The notes: generated from the letters alone by a model not told the origin. A DNA stretch of 64,000 bases from Candidatus Saccharimonadota bacterium (GCA_017545585.1 JAFWMK010000017.1:7323-71322), one strand, 5' to 3'. Shown: positions 30,384 through 41,480, counted from the stretch's first letter. Program-made: numbers and translations.

Positions 30384-31109
30384 TTACACAAATAACAGGG
30401 ATAATCTAAGCACAACCCAAATCAAAAATCGAATAAAAATTACAATAATTACCACAAACGTTATCAATATACACCATCCCGCTAAAGAAGGCGTCCATAC
30501 CGGCGAAGCATAGTTATGCCGAAATAGCTCCGTCGAAGGAAGTGCCGCGATAATCGTATCTTGTATATCTGCTGCCGCAGGATATTTATTAATTTCCGTC
30601 ACCATGCAATTAATAAAATTTGCATTATCCCAAGTCCATCCATTCTGAAGCGCTAATGCTTTGCAAGTATCACCTGCCATTCCATAAATATTCCCATTCG
30701 GATTAGCGTCACCCGAAAGCTTCGCTTCCGCATCCGCAAGCGCCGCCTGCGCCGCTCTTAAATATTGACGTTCAAGATAAAATGACCCCGTTCCAAATGT
30801 TATTTTCTGTTCACCATTTTCTTCCACTGCATTTACTACAATATTCGAAAACACAAATTCTTTTAATTTTGCTAAGCCCTCCGCAATCGCCGCATCATCA
30901 TCTGCTTCATCTGCCGAAAGCACCGCACTCCTTAGCTCAGACATTTCGATATGATTGTGTCTAAGCAGCGTCGCATCAGCAAAAAGTAGCACCGCAAGAA
31001 GAATCAAAAGCATCCATGTCTTCAACTTAAAATGCCTAAACTTTTCCAACCTCAGCCTCAATCGAGACTTCAGCTCTTTAAGCTTTATCTTGCCACCCAT
31101 TTTATCCAT
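30384..31109 (-). CDS. Hypothetical membrane protein
   Basis: N- and C-terminal TM helices. Confidence 0.8.
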   Translation of the reverse strand: MDKMGGKIKLKELKSRLRLRLEKFRHFKLKTWMLLILLAVLLFADATLLRHNHIEMSELRSAVLSADEADDDAAIAEGLAKLKEFVFSNIVVNAVEENGEQKITFGTGSFYLERQYLRAAQAALADAEAKLSGDANPNGNIYGMAGDTCKALALQNGWTWDNANFINCMVTEINKYPAAADIQDTIIAALPSTELFRHNYASPVWTPSLAGWCILITFVVIIVIFIRFLIWVVLRLSLLFV

Positions 31110-31133
31110 ATATATATTATATCACCAAAACCT

Positions 31134-31565
31134 CTATGGCCACAAATACGCCATCCATTTTTCAAAATTTGAATATTCTTTTTTCTTCTCTTCTTCTATT
31201 TTTGCGACCTCGTTAGCGTGTTTATTTCGTGCCGCTTCCGTATTTTCCGGCATATACACCATATTCTCCCCCTCAAGTTGTTTACCAGCAAATTTCCTCG
31301 CCGAAAGCTCTTTGTATTCGTCAGTTTCATAATAAGCATTTTCTAGCTCCGCTGTCTCTATCTCCACTTTTTTCAATTCCAAAGCTTTACCAGTGGCATT
31401 TAATTTTTCCGAAAGCTCAGAATTTCTAGACATTGCCTCAATCGAACGATATGTCCAGTTGAGACACATCACGATTGCAATCACCAAAATCACGTTTTCG
31501 ATCGTGAAATACTCATGCCGAATCTTATACCTAAGCCTCCTAAACTTAGTACCAAAATCGCTCAT
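31134..31565 (-). CDS. Septum formation initiator (FtsB/DivIC-like)
   Basis: TM, coiled coil, ELSARKFAGKQLEGE pattern. Confidence 0.65.
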   Translation of the reverse strand: MSDFGTKFRRLRYKIRHEYFTIENVILVIAIVMCLNWTYRSIEAMSRNSELSEKLNATGKALELKKVEIETAELENAYYETDEYKELSARKFAGKQLEGENMVYMPENTEAARNKHANEVAKIEEEKKKEYSNFEKWMAYLWP

Positions 31566-31572
31566 ACTTATA

Positions 31573-33159
31573 TTATATCACTTCAATCAAAGATTCACCC
31601 CAAGAAGATGGATAATCTCCATATCCAGCCAACACTGCAATCGTAGCTGCTAGATTAGAAAGACCAGGGTCAAGTATTCCAGATTTTCGATACCTACCAC
31701 GATTATCGGTATTATCATATATAATACACGGCACCTGATTGGTAGTATGTGCAGTTTTAGGATTACCGTCAGCATCTAGCAACTCTTCAGCATTGCCATG
31801 ATCTGCCACTATTACCATTACTCCACCAAGTTTATCCACCTCATTAGCAAGTCGCCTCAGCGCCAAATCAATTGCTTCCATCGCAAAAATTGTTGCTTCT
31901 ATGTCAGCAGTGTGCCCCACCATATCACCACCAGGAAAGTTCAAGCGAATAAATTTATATTTTGGCATATTTTCTATTACGGTATCCGTAATTTCAGCAG
32001 TTTTCATCCATGGTCTTGTTTCAAATGGCTCTGTATCAGAATTAATCTCAATAAATTCTTCCCCTTTAGCCTTCTCATAACTACTACCATTAAAATAATA
32101 CGTCACGTGGCCAAATTTCACCGTTTCCGAAACCGCAAGCTGAGACACTCCCCTGGCTTCCAAGAATTTATTCAAAGTTCCAAGCACTTTAGCTGGCTGC
32201 ACCAACCTGTGTTCTGGTACATGTGTATCCGAATTGTATTCCGTCATACCCACAAAATATACATCAGAAGGCTGATAATCTCCTCGATCAAAATACGGGA
32301 AATCCCAATAAGTAAACGCTTGCGCTATTTCAATCGCCCGATCCGCTCTAAAATCAAAGTAGATAAACGCATCACCCTTTTCTACTAATCCTATCGGTTT
32401 ATCCATGTCGTCTACGATTACAAATGGCGGCAAGTACTGATCTTGCACTTCTGGATTTATTCGACGAAGAATTTGCAAAGCCTCCTCCGGAGTCCGGAAA
32501 TAATAATCCGCTTCTCCTTTGACCATCATGTCAAAACCTTTTTTCACCATCCCCCAGTCGTTCTCATACCTATCCGATACGCAAACCATTCTTCCACCAC
32601 CAGAAGCGATTTTTATATCCGCATCATTAAATTTTCTAGCAAAATTTTCAAATCTCTGAATGTAAACTTTTGAAGTAAATGGCCCTACATCCCTTCCGTC
32701 AAAAACTGCATGCACGCGTATTCTTCTAACACCTTCATTATAAGCTCTAGAAATCATTTGTTCTAGATGCACCATATGACTATGCACTCCACCATCCGAA
32801 AAAATCCCACCAAAATGCAACGTTCCACCATTCAGTGCCTTAGTCACAGCCATTCGCCAAGCTTCAGAGTTAAATATTTCACCACTATCAAAAGCTGCAT
32901 TAATCAAAGAAATCCCAGATTTAGCAATTTGCCCAGAACCCATCGTAGCGTGACCAACTTCCGAATTCCCCATTTGTTCATGCGTTAATCCAACTGCTTC
33001 ACCAGACGCATTAAGTGCAATATGCAAATATTCTTTTGCCGCCTTTCCAAGAAACGGAGTCTTTGCCCTACTTACCGCATTCCCCGGTCCATCAGGAGCC
33101 AATCCTACACCATCTAATATTGCGAGCACCACAGGCCCATCATACTGCAGTCTATCCAT
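31573..33159 (-). CDS. gpmI: BPG-independent phosphoglycerate mutase
   Basis: ILDG, MGNSEVGH, SDGGVHS, DGRD, DMVGHT, ADHGNAE, TAHT. Confidence 0.96.
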   Translation of the reverse strand: MDRLQYDGPVVLAILDGVGLAPDGPGNAVSRAKTPFLGKAAKEYLHIALNASGEAVGLTHEQMGNSEVGHATMGSGQIAKSGISLINAAFDSGEIFNSEAWRMAVTKALNGGTLHFGGIFSDGGVHSHMVHLEQMISRAYNEGVRRIRVHAVFDGRDVGPFTSKVYIQRFENFARKFNDADIKIASGGGRMVCVSDRYENDWGMVKKGFDMMVKGEADYYFRTPEEALQILRRINPEVQDQYLPPFVIVDDMDKPIGLVEKGDAFIYFDFRADRAIEIAQAFTYWDFPYFDRGDYQPSDVYFVGMTEYNSDTHVPEHRLVQPAKVLGTLNKFLEARGVSQLAVSETVKFGHVTYYFNGSSYEKAKGEEFIEINSDTEPFETRPWMKTAEITDTVIENMPKYKFIRLNFPGGDMVGHTADIEATIFAMEAIDLALRRLANEVDKLGGVMVIVADHGNAEELLDADGNPKTAHTTNQVPCIIYDNTDNRGRYRKSGILDPGLSNLAATIAVLAGYGDYPSSWGESLIEVI

Positions 33160-33173
33160 AAGCACATTATATC

Positions 33174-33206
33174 AAAACTAGCCTCCTATTTCAAGAGGCT
33201 AGTTTT
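33174..33206. terminator. Terminator after the 904-aa surface protein
   Basis: AAAACTAGCCTC...GAGGCTAGTTTT. Confidence 0.8.
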
Positions 33207-33222
33207 ATGGATAAGTTACTGA

Positions 33223-35937
33223 TTATTCCTTATCAAAATCTACCTTTTTACCAGCAAATCTTTTTCTATAAAATACCATCATTACACCTGCAATTGCCAA
33301 GAATGATACAGCAGTGATACCAGCTACTCTCGCACCCGCAAACTCGCCGCTAAAGAAACCGGTATCTGGAGTCTTTACTGGATTAGCGCTGTGACGAGTA
33401 CCGCTCAAAGCAAAGTTTGCTCTTGCTATACCACCATTATTAAACGCTACAATTAGTTCATGATTGCCATCGTTCAAAGAGTTCAAGAAGGTATTCGTAA
33501 AGGTAATAATCGTACTACCTGGTTTAGAGACATAGTTGCTAGGATCTACCAACACACCATCTAGATATACCTTACCACCGTTCTCGAATAACTCATAATC
33601 GGCATCCATACGGAAAGTTACTTCATCGTTATTTACTACAAATCCATTATTATCACCTTCAATCACGTTATATACTCTTCTATATTCAACTTCAAGCTCT
33701 ATATCAGTAGTACCGGCAGTAATTGTTAACTTATTATTCACTACCGAATTCGTTACGTTTATTCTGTTTAGAAGTACCCTCTTAATTTCATAACCTGTCT
33801 TTGGCAAGAATTCAAAGGTTATTGAATCACCGTATTCTGCTTCTTCTGGAGCCACTACCGAACCAGTCTCATCATCATCTACATAAGTATAGATATCAAT
33901 GTAAACTGTGCCTTTTACCGGTACGCTCAGCTCCAAAGTAGTATAGTGCTCTGTATCATCTTCATAAGTATAAGTCGCAGGATAAGTATTGTCTCCTAAG
34001 AGTATTAAGCCAGCATCATCTGCCCAATCGAAACCATCCGACCAATCGTATTCAATTGACCACAGGTCGTAGCCCACTTCGCCCTTTAGTCCAGCAGTCA
34101 TCTCAGCCGGCATCGGAGAAGTCGCCTTTGTGATTTCAAATGCTACAGTCAAATTACCAATATAATTATCACCATTATAATAGTAAGTTACCACGTACGA
34201 GCCTACTTCAGTAGGACGTTCAGTTGGAGTTTTGCCATCCGATTCAAACCAAGCAGTTATAATATCATCTACAGTGATTTCATCAGTATTCGCCCCTACA
34301 CTTAGACTACCAGAAAGTACCACTGGCTGACCAGTATATGCCACAGCCTGGCTAGAAATACCGCTGATTTCCAAAATTCGCTTATCGGTAATTTCAAACG
34401 TCTTCGTGGCGCTGCCGTCGATATTCATATCATCTTTTGCAGTCACCGTTACAGTAGCCGTACCGATTCCGATATTATTACTATATTCTACATCATATTC
34501 GTCAGAACTTACTTCAAAGTCACCAATCTTTACCGTCACTCCAGGAGTTTTTGCAGTATTGTCAAATACTACAGTAGGATATTCCAAGGAAACATTGCCC
34601 GATTCAATCGTGTATAGGTCTACTGTATAATCAAAATCTTCAGTTCCAGTATAGTTACCTTTTCCAGCAAACTCAAGTGTTTTATCACCAGCCGAAATCA
34701 TATCATCCGGATAAGTCACATCGTAATCGTTCTCAGTTAAATATACATACCTATCAGTCCCGAGTTCAGCTTTTATCCTTACGGTAGGGTTAATCGTTGC
34801 ACCAGTGTACACAAATTGTTCTTGAAGCGCGGTAATTTCCACCCCCTCAATATCAAACGGAGCAATTGTCGCACTAGCCACAGCAGGATCCCCACTTACT
34901 TCAAAGTAGTCCGAAGCATCACCAAGTAGCTCCAATTCCGCCGAAACATTCTTATTCTCACCAGCATTAGCATCTTCAAAGTTTGCGTTCACTTTATAGC
35001 CACAATCCTCATCATTATAGGATAAGAGAACATCGCCACTAAAATTTCCTTCCCGGTCTGCAACTTCTACATCAAGTTCAACTTCATCAACCTCAGCCTC
35101 GGTAGTACCATCATATTCCTTATTTTCAATCGTCAAAGTTTCAATACTTACTGATTTCTTATCAACATTAAGTACATAAGAAGCCGCAGTCTCCGCATAA
35201 GTGGCAGTCTCTGCAGCGGTTGCTGTAATCATAGTCCGACCCGGTTTATGAATAGTTACTTCACCATTCTCGTCTACTTCAGCAATTTCATCATTCGAAG
35301 AAGAGTAGCTAATAGCCCCGTCACCAGAAGTCCTAACTAGTTCATTGGTAAAGACACCATCACCATAAACTTTCGCCACTTCATCTTCAGAAAAGCCCAT
35401 CTCTTGCGCTTCCTTATCGGTGATCGTTACTTGAGCAACGAGAGTTTCTCCCTCAAGATAAGTCTCAGGTCCAAAAGATCCCACTTCAATCTCTATTGGC
35501 AAATCATAAACACCAGCCGGCGTGTTTGCTGCTACCGTATAATTAGCTACCCAAATTTCTTTGTCAGCTTCAAAATCAATTCCAATGCTATTATTCTGAT
35601 ACAAAAACGCACCATCACCATCATTGTTGTTATTCGTTACGCTACTAGCCAAAGCTTCATCATAATCCAATGAATCAAGTGTAAAATACTTATTGGTATC
35701 ATTAGTTTCTGTAGTAGCAAAAGCACCCTGAAGCGTCCATACCGCCTCATCCATGCCAGCTAAAATTTTCACTGTAGCGGTCTGAGTAGAATCACTTACC
35801 GTCAGCGTACTAGCGCTAATCTTTAGATATTCTTGTGTTGCGAATACTTTCGGCAAAACTGTCAAAGCAAGTGCAAATACCATCACCGCCGCCGTTCCTA
35901 TAGCCGCAATTCTGGTAAAAATAGTTTTTCTTGTCAT
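33223..35937 (-). CDS. Large acidic surface protein: cohesin-like N-domain, Ig-like/YDG repeats, TPDTG + TM anchor
   Basis: Signal peptide; YSSSNDEIAEVDENGEVTI (Ig-like), NKEYDGT (YDG), GKGNYTG, PGSTIIT; C-terminal TPDTG-TM-RKR. Confidence 0.8.
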   Translation of the reverse strand: MTRKTIFTRIAAIGTAAVMVFALALTVLPKVFATQEYLKISASTLTVSDSTQTATVKILAGMDEAVWTLQGAFATTETNDTNKYFTLDSLDYDEALASSVTNNNNDGDGAFLYQNNSIGIDFEADKEIWVANYTVAANTPAGVYDLPIEIEVGSFGPETYLEGETLVAQVTITDKEAQEMGFSEDEVAKVYGDGVFTNELVRTSGDGAISYSSSNDEIAEVDENGEVTIHKPGRTMITATAAETATYAETAASYVLNVDKKSVSIETLTIENKEYDGTTEAEVDEVELDVEVADREGNFSGDVLLSYNDEDCGYKVNANFEDANAGENKNVSAELELLGDASDYFEVSGDPAVASATIAPFDIEGVEITALQEQFVYTGATINPTVRIKAELGTDRYVYLTENDYDVTYPDDMISAGDKTLEFAGKGNYTGTEDFDYTVDLYTIESGNVSLEYPTVVFDNTAKTPGVTVKIGDFEVSSDEYDVEYSNNIGIGTATVTVTAKDDMNIDGSATKTFEITDKRILEISGISSQAVAYTGQPVVLSGSLSVGANTDEITVDDIITAWFESDGKTPTERPTEVGSYVVTYYYNGDNYIGNLTVAFEITKATSPMPAEMTAGLKGEVGYDLWSIEYDWSDGFDWADDAGLILLGDNTYPATYTYEDDTEHYTTLELSVPVKGTVYIDIYTYVDDDETGSVVAPEEAEYGDSITFEFLPKTGYEIKRVLLNRINVTNSVVNNKLTITAGTTDIELEVEYRRVYNVIEGDNNGFVVNNDEVTFRMDADYELFENGGKVYLDGVLVDPSNYVSKPGSTIITFTNTFLNSLNDGNHELIVAFNNGGIARANFALSGTRHSANPVKTPDTGFFSGEFAGARVAGITAVSFLAIAGVMMVFYRKRFAGKKVDFDKE

Positions 35938-36022
35938 GTGGAGACTCCTTTACCTTTTTACGTATAACCTATTATGCTTATGATTATAGCAAACTTTTTT
36001 TAAAATGTCTAGTTTAAAAAAC

Positions 36023-37744
36023 TTACCACTTCATTTCACGATGATTCTTATTGCTTTTCGCTAATAGCGAATAGTTAATCGTCGCCGAATCCAAAGAATT
36101 TATCCTATTATTGGAAGTTACATCTGCAGCCATTTTTTGCAAATCATCTAGTTCACGATAGTTCTTGTCATTTTTTGATAATAACGAATAGTTGATTGTC
36201 GCCGAATCTAGCGAATTAACTTTCCCATTCATAGTGACATCCCCAACTAATACCAATATCAAATTCACACCATTGCTAGTCGAAAGGTCAAACTTATAAA
36301 CATCTGGACTATCCGTGGCTATTGCGACAATTCTATCATACCCACTAGTTGTAGCACTTATCACCATCGTTGGCTTTTTAGAAGTCACTGTCATGATTTT
36401 TCCATCCAGTGAATACGACGCTATTCCATTTGTTCTATTGTCTACCGTATAATCTGTCTTCATGATTCCAAACATATCACAGGTAACCGATGAATTACAA
36501 AATTCCGCATTAGAGAAATTCACAAAACCATATCCATAATATTGATCCCAACCGCTATCGCCAAGGTCAGTTGCAATCGCTTTTAGCGTAGCCACTGCAC
36601 TATCGTGTCCTACGATTTTATTTAAACTCTTCAAATTCGCTACGGCAGCAGCTATATGCGGTGACGCCATAGAAGTACCAGTCATTTTATATCCATTGAT
36701 GCCCCGCACACTTACACCAGGAGCGGCAAAATCAATTTTCTCCCCATAATTAGAGCCATTGGTACTGCTACTAACCCATCTTTCCAAATTTGAATCCACC
36801 GCCGCTACAGAAATCACTGAATCAAAGCTAGCCGGATAATATAATTCATTCGTATTATAATTTCCAGCCGAAGCTACATTAATAATCCCCTTTTGTTCCG
36901 CTGCATCCAACGCATTTTTTTCAGCCACCAAATCCGAAATAGCCATCACATCCTCACCGCCAGATACTCCCCCCAAACTCATGTTTATCACATCTGCTCC
37001 ATGACTTACAGCATAGTTTATGCCCGCTACAACATCACTAGTAAACATCAGACCATTACTATTATTCGTAACTTTAATTGCCATTAGCTGCACGTTATCA
37101 TAAGTAGACTCCACCACGGTCCCACCCACATGCGTACCATGTTGGTAAGTATGCCGATCATCCATTCCGTTATTACATTCCACCACACAATAAGTCAAAA
37201 GTTTTCTATTCGAGAAATATTTATTAAACGCATTTACATCCATTCCCGTATCAATCACAGCTACCGTTACTGCATCAGATTTATTGCGATTCTTGATTTC
37301 AGAAATTACATTCCCAAATCCCATTTTTTCATAACCCCAAGAAAGCGGAGAACCCATTACTTCCTGAACCTGGTTTCTTTCTACCGCTACACCATCCGCC
37401 TTCATTTTGTTAAAAGCGGCGTCTCTTTCTTCATTGGAATTATATTGCAATAAATACAAATAATTTGGCGCTTCCACTACCTCTACCGCATCATAAGTTT
37501 CTGGTTTAGTCTTACTAGTTACTAGCAAAATGTTTTCGGGACTATCGTGTTCCCGCATTTTTGTATAATTTTCTAGATATCCATCTACAAACTGCGGCGG
37601 CAAATCTGCGATGTTTATCCAACTATCGTCTTCCTCCTCCCCTTCTGCGATTAAGTTGCTATCTATCGTCAGCTTTGCAATAGTAGCAGTTAATATTAAT
37701 ATTGCCCCCAATATCCCCCACCCAACAACCTTTCTATTAACCAT
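36023..37744 (-). CDS. S8 subtilisin-like serine protease with C-terminal dockerin
   Basis: VIDTG, HGTHV, GTSMASPH triad; duplicated DVTxNxxxNSLDSATI Ca-binding repeats. Confidence 0.9.
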   Translation of the reverse strand: MVNRKVVGWGILGAILILTATIAKLTIDSNLIAEGEEEDDSWINIADLPPQFVDGYLENYTKMREHDSPENILLVTSKTKPETYDAVEVVEAPNYLYLLQYNSNEERDAAFNKMKADGVAVERNQVQEVMGSPLSWGYEKMGFGNVISEIKNRNKSDAVTVAVIDTGMDVNAFNKYFSNRKLLTYCVVECNNGMDDRHTYQHGTHVGGTVVESTYDNVQLMAIKVTNNSNGLMFTSDVVAGINYAVSHGADVINMSLGGVSGGEDVMAISDLVAEKNALDAAEQKGIINVASAGNYNTNELYYPASFDSVISVAAVDSNLERWVSSSTNGSNYGEKIDFAAPGVSVRGINGYKMTGTSMASPHIAAAVANLKSLNKIVGHDSAVATLKAIATDLGDSGWDQYYGYGFVNFSNAEFCNSSVTCDMFGIMKTDYTVDNRTNGIASYSLDGKIMTVTSKKPTMVISATTSGYDRIVAIATDSPDVYKFDLSTSNGVNLILVLVGDVTMNGKVNSLDSATINYSLLSKNDKNYRELDDLQKMAADVTSNNRINSLDSATINYSLLAKSNKNHREMKW

Positions 37745-37781
37745 AACTATATTATATATCAGCTAGTCAAACAATGCAACA

Positions 37782-38876
37782 TCAAATCTTTGGCACTTGC
37801 TGCGTGATACAATGAATATTCCCACCACCTAGCAAAATTTCACGCGCATAAATCGGTTCGATTTTACGCTCCGGGAATATATTAGACAAAGTTTGTATTG
37901 CGTCTACGTCATGAGGATCGTTAAAAATCGGCAAAATAATTGCACCATTACAATTATAGTAATTAATATATGACGCTGGAAGCCTATCACCTTCGTTCCG
38001 TGGATAAGTCCCTTCTACTTGGTCAATCCCTTCCGCTTCCTCTTTTGTAAATGTAATCACATTTGGCACGTGAATCTTTACTACTTCTATTTTTCTACCT
38101 TTAGCATCTGTTACCGATTCCAAATATTCCAAATCCTTAACCGAGCGCTCATGCTGTGGATCATCTGGATTGTCTTCCCAGGCCAAAACCACTTTTCCTG
38201 GTGCCACAAACTGGCAAACATTATCTACATGCCCCTCAGTATCTTCATCCATGTATACACCATACGGCAACCACAAAACTTTTTCACAACCAGTATATTC
38301 CATCAATTTTTCTTCAATTTGCTCTTTTGTCATTTCTGGGTTACGATCGGGAGAAAGCATAGTTTCTTCAGTTACAATCAAAGTACCTTCACCATCCGTA
38401 TGAATCGCGCCACCTTCCAAAATAAAATCATCCGGCACATACCTATCTACTTTCTCGATATTTGCCATCTTTGCGCCCACATAATCATCGAAATCCCACG
38501 GATAATAAATCCCATCAAGCATTCCACCATACGCATTAAATCCCCAGTCTACCGCCCGCATTTCACCCTTATCATTAACCACCATTGTTGCACCAGAATC
38601 ACGAATCCAAGAATCATTATTAGACATTTCTACTACATATACATTCTTCATATTCATACCAAGTACATGCAAATATTGTGATTGATTTACACACAAAACC
38701 ACCGGCTCATATTTCGCAATCGTTTCTACCACTTGCCTAAACGCTTTCTGCGCCGGCTTTGCTCCTAGCCTCCAGTTATCCGGCCTTTCTGGCCACAAAA
38801 GATACGTGCATTTATGAGGCGCCAACTCCGACGGCATATAAAATCCATCTTTTTTTGGTGTAGAATTTAATTTCAT
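37782..38876 (-). CDS. aguA: Agmatine deiminase
   Basis: WPERPDNWR, DSWIRDSG, LEGG, TEGHVDN, GGGNIHCITQQ. Confidence 0.95.
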   Translation of the reverse strand: MKLNSTPKKDGFYMPSELAPHKCTYLLWPERPDNWRLGAKPAQKAFRQVVETIAKYEPVVLCVNQSQYLHVLGMNMKNVYVVEMSNNDSWIRDSGATMVVNDKGEMRAVDWGFNAYGGMLDGIYYPWDFDDYVGAKMANIEKVDRYVPDDFILEGGAIHTDGEGTLIVTEETMLSPDRNPEMTKEQIEEKLMEYTGCEKVLWLPYGVYMDEDTEGHVDNVCQFVAPGKVVLAWEDNPDDPQHERSVKDLEYLESVTDAKGRKIEVVKIHVPNVITFTKEEAEGIDQVEGTYPRNEGDRLPASYINYYNCNGAIILPIFNDPHDVDAIQTLSNIFPERKIEPIYAREILLGGGNIHCITQQVPKI

Positions 38877-38895
38877 ACTAGAATCCTTTCTGTTT

Positions 38896-38928
38896 AAAAA
38901 GTAGCAAGAATCTCTCTTGCTACTTTTT
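38896..38928. terminator. Hairpin between aguD and aguA
   Basis: AAAAAGTAGCAAGA-ATCTC-TCTTGCTACTTTTT. Confidence 0.7.
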
Positions 38929-38935
38929 GTCTTTT

Positions 38936-40429
38936 TTATCTTTTACTTTTTCTTGCAATTTTCTTTACAGTCTTCTTTTTATGATCTTTTCGCGCCATAT
39001 TAAGCACCATAAGCTCGCCCACCACGATACATGCAGCTGTAGAAATAATCAACACATTATTAGTTTCCCATGTAAGAGCTAAATCGTCTGGCACAGGCAC
39101 AAGTGTAAAGAATAATGCTACAAAGAGAAGTAGAAGTGGCACGAGCCCCATCAACCATCGGAGCACCGGCCCTACTTTTACCCAGTAACCATTCTTTACT
39201 TGTGGACCTTGCTTGTGGAGTTTGATAAACGCTGCAAACATTGGGATGTAAGAAAAGAGTAGACATACTAAGGAGAGCGAGAAGAATGCCCAGAACATAT
39301 TTGAGAAGTTCACAAGGAGTTCTTCGTCTACACCCATTTCTGGTAATACATAAGTAATAAAGATACCAGCTACCGACAAAATTGCCGAGATAATGCCAGT
39401 CCAAATACTTACTACATAAGGTGCGCCATCTTTATTTCTTTTTGCCCAAGACTTTGGAAATGCACCATCTTCTGCAGCATATGCCGTCACAGAGTACACA
39501 CCAAATGTCCAGGAAGAAATGTTAGAAATAAGTGTCAATATAAAGAGCCCGCCCACTACAATAGTAATGGCTTGAATGGCAGCTTCGCCAATTCCTGCAT
39601 TAGCCATAAGCACATTGTAGGAATCTAGGAAACCAGTATTAGTTTCAATTTCAGAAAATGGAGTGCCTACACCCATACCAAATGATGGGAAGATGTAGAA
39701 AATTGCAATCAAGATACCACCGAGCACGATTGCTTTTGGAATTTGCTTCTTTGGTTTGTCCATATCATCATAGAACGTACCGACCACTTCAAAGCCGAGC
39801 ATGTTAAAGATAATAAGTGACACAAAACCAAGACCAGCCCAATCGATTCCTCCATCAGCTGAAGCTAACGGCACAAAATCTTGCCAACCTTCCACTGGAT
39901 TTGCTGTGCCTTTAGTAAATAGCACGTAAAGACCCAAGCAACCAATTGCACCAAGAAGAATCATCTTGATTACAGCCCCGATATTCGATACCCAGTCAGA
40001 CTGAGAAATCCGAAGCATACCAAGAACAGATACGAGTGCAATATAGAATAGCTGGATAGAAAGTACCATCCACATTTCCATCTCGATCCCAAACATTTGC
40101 ATAATCATCGTAGTGATGAGATCAGCAAGAGAGGCGACCCATAGTGGGAAATTTACCCAATAAAACCAAGCGACTCTAGCGGCCCATTTTTTGCCGAAAG
40201 CCTTCTTGATCCAGGTATACATACCACCCTCGGACGGATATTGTGTACCCAGCTCTGCCGAGATAAGAGCATACGGTACGAAAAACCCGATGAGCATAAT
40301 TGCCCACCAGAGATACATTTGGTTCCCGATGGCGGCGGTAGGTGCTACTGCATCGCCCACGAGAATAATACAGACTGTTGCGAGCACCGCCGAAAACAGC
40401 CTAAATTTATATTTCTTTTTTGGCATCAT
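38936..40429 (-). CDS. aguD: APC-family agmatine:putrescine antiporter
   Basis: About 12 TM, SAELG..YPSEGG, GFE; lies between aguB and aguA. Confidence 0.85.
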   Translation of the reverse strand: MMPKKKYKFRLFSAVLATVCIILVGDAVAPTAAIGNQMYLWWAIMLIGFFVPYALISAELGTQYPSEGGMYTWIKKAFGKKWAARVAWFYWVNFPLWVASLADLITTMIMQMFGIEMEMWMVLSIQLFYIALVSVLGMLRISQSDWVSNIGAVIKMILLGAIGCLGLYVLFTKGTANPVEGWQDFVPLASADGGIDWAGLGFVSLIIFNMLGFEVVGTFYDDMDKPKKQIPKAIVLGGILIAIFYIFPSFGMGVGTPFSEIETNTGFLDSYNVLMANAGIGEAAIQAITIVVGGLFILTLISNISSWTFGVYSVTAYAAEDGAFPKSWAKRNKDGAPYVVSIWTGIISAILSVAGIFITYVLPEMGVDEELLVNFSNMFWAFFSLSLVCLLFSYIPMFAAFIKLHKQGPQVKNGYWVKVGPVLRWLMGLVPLLLLFVALFFTLVPVPDDLALTWETNNVLIISTAACIVVGELMVLNMARKDHKKKTVKKIARKSKR

Positions 40430-41442
40430 TTAGCCTCCTTTTGTTGTTTTATATAATCCAGTGTAGCTTGTGCTACTCTACCGAAATACAGCACGAGTCC
40501 CCTCTGCGCCGTTAGACGATTTTCTGCTTCATCCCACGCTACCGAATTCGGACCGTCTAGAACCGAATCAGTCACCTCTTCGTTTCTATTTGCAGGAAGA
40601 CAATGCATAAATTTACAATTTGGATTTCCAGTCGCCTGCATCATTTCGTCATTTACTTGATATTTTGGATAAAAATCTTTCATATAAACTTCTTTTGGTG
40701 TCTCTTTATCATAAAGCCCATACCAAACGTCTGTATAAATAAAATCAGCGCCTTCAATACTTTTAACATCATCACTCCAAATACAAGTACCACCATATTT
40801 CTCGTTGTTTTTTCGTCCAATTTCCAACCATTCATCAGTAATTTTATGGTTAGCTGGCCCGTAGTGCACAAAGTTCATTCCCATTTTGGTAGTCATTTCA
40901 CACAAAGTATTACAGACTTGCGTTGCGTCACCTGCAAAAACCACCTTAACCTGACCGGCCACTTTTCCTTCTGGCCAATGATCAAAAATCGTAATCATAT
41001 CGCCAATACCCTGTGTTGGATGCACGCGATCACTCATCCCGTTAATCACTGGGGCCTTAGAATATTTTGCGAGTGCTTCAATTGATTCATGCTTATCTAC
41101 TCGGCTCATTACCATATCACACATTCGTCCAAGTACTTGTGCGGTATCTTCGATTGTTTCATGTGCACCCAGCTGAATCGCTCCAGGAGCAAGATTTAAT
41201 GCATGTCCACCGAGCTGCTCCATTGCTACTTCAAAAGACACTCTCGTTCTAGTCGATTTTTGTTCAAATAGCATCGCGAGATTTTTGTGAAATAGCGAAT
41301 TTAGATACCCACCGCTCTTAATAAATTCTCGTACAATTCTAGAAGTATTAATGATGTCTAGAATTTCCGACTGATCAAAATCTGCCGTATCGATAAAATC
41401 TTTCTTTGTTGGTATTTTGTGTGTCAATGTATACCCATCCAT
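40426..41442 (-). CDS. aguB: Putrescine carbamoyltransferase
   Basis: STRT, HPTQ, HCLP and PTC-type YTDVWYGLY. Confidence 0.92.
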   Translation of the reverse strand: MDGYTLTHKIPTKKDFIDTADFDQSEILDIINTSRIVREFIKSGGYLNSLFHKNLAMLFEQKSTRTRVSFEVAMEQLGGHALNLAPGAIQLGAHETIEDTAQVLGRMCDMVMSRVDKHESIEALAKYSKAPVINGMSDRVHPTQGIGDMITIFDHWPEGKVAGQVKVVFAGDATQVCNTLCEMTTKMGMNFVHYGPANHKITDEWLEIGRKNNEKYGGTCIWSDDVKSIEGADFIYTDVWYGLYDKETPKEVYMKDFYPKYQVNDEMMQATGNPNCKFMHCLPANRNEEVTDSVLDGPNSVAWDEAENRLTAQRGLVLYFGRVAQATLDYIKQQKEAK

Positions 41443-41480
41443 GCTTTTATTATAACATAAGCATCATAAAAATACCAAAA

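Noticed and set aside
37782-41442. Arginine deiminase (arcA/arcB) pathway
   Set aside because: The deiminase has AguA motifs and the transcarbamylase has YTDVWYGLY rather than the ornithine-type SMG motif.
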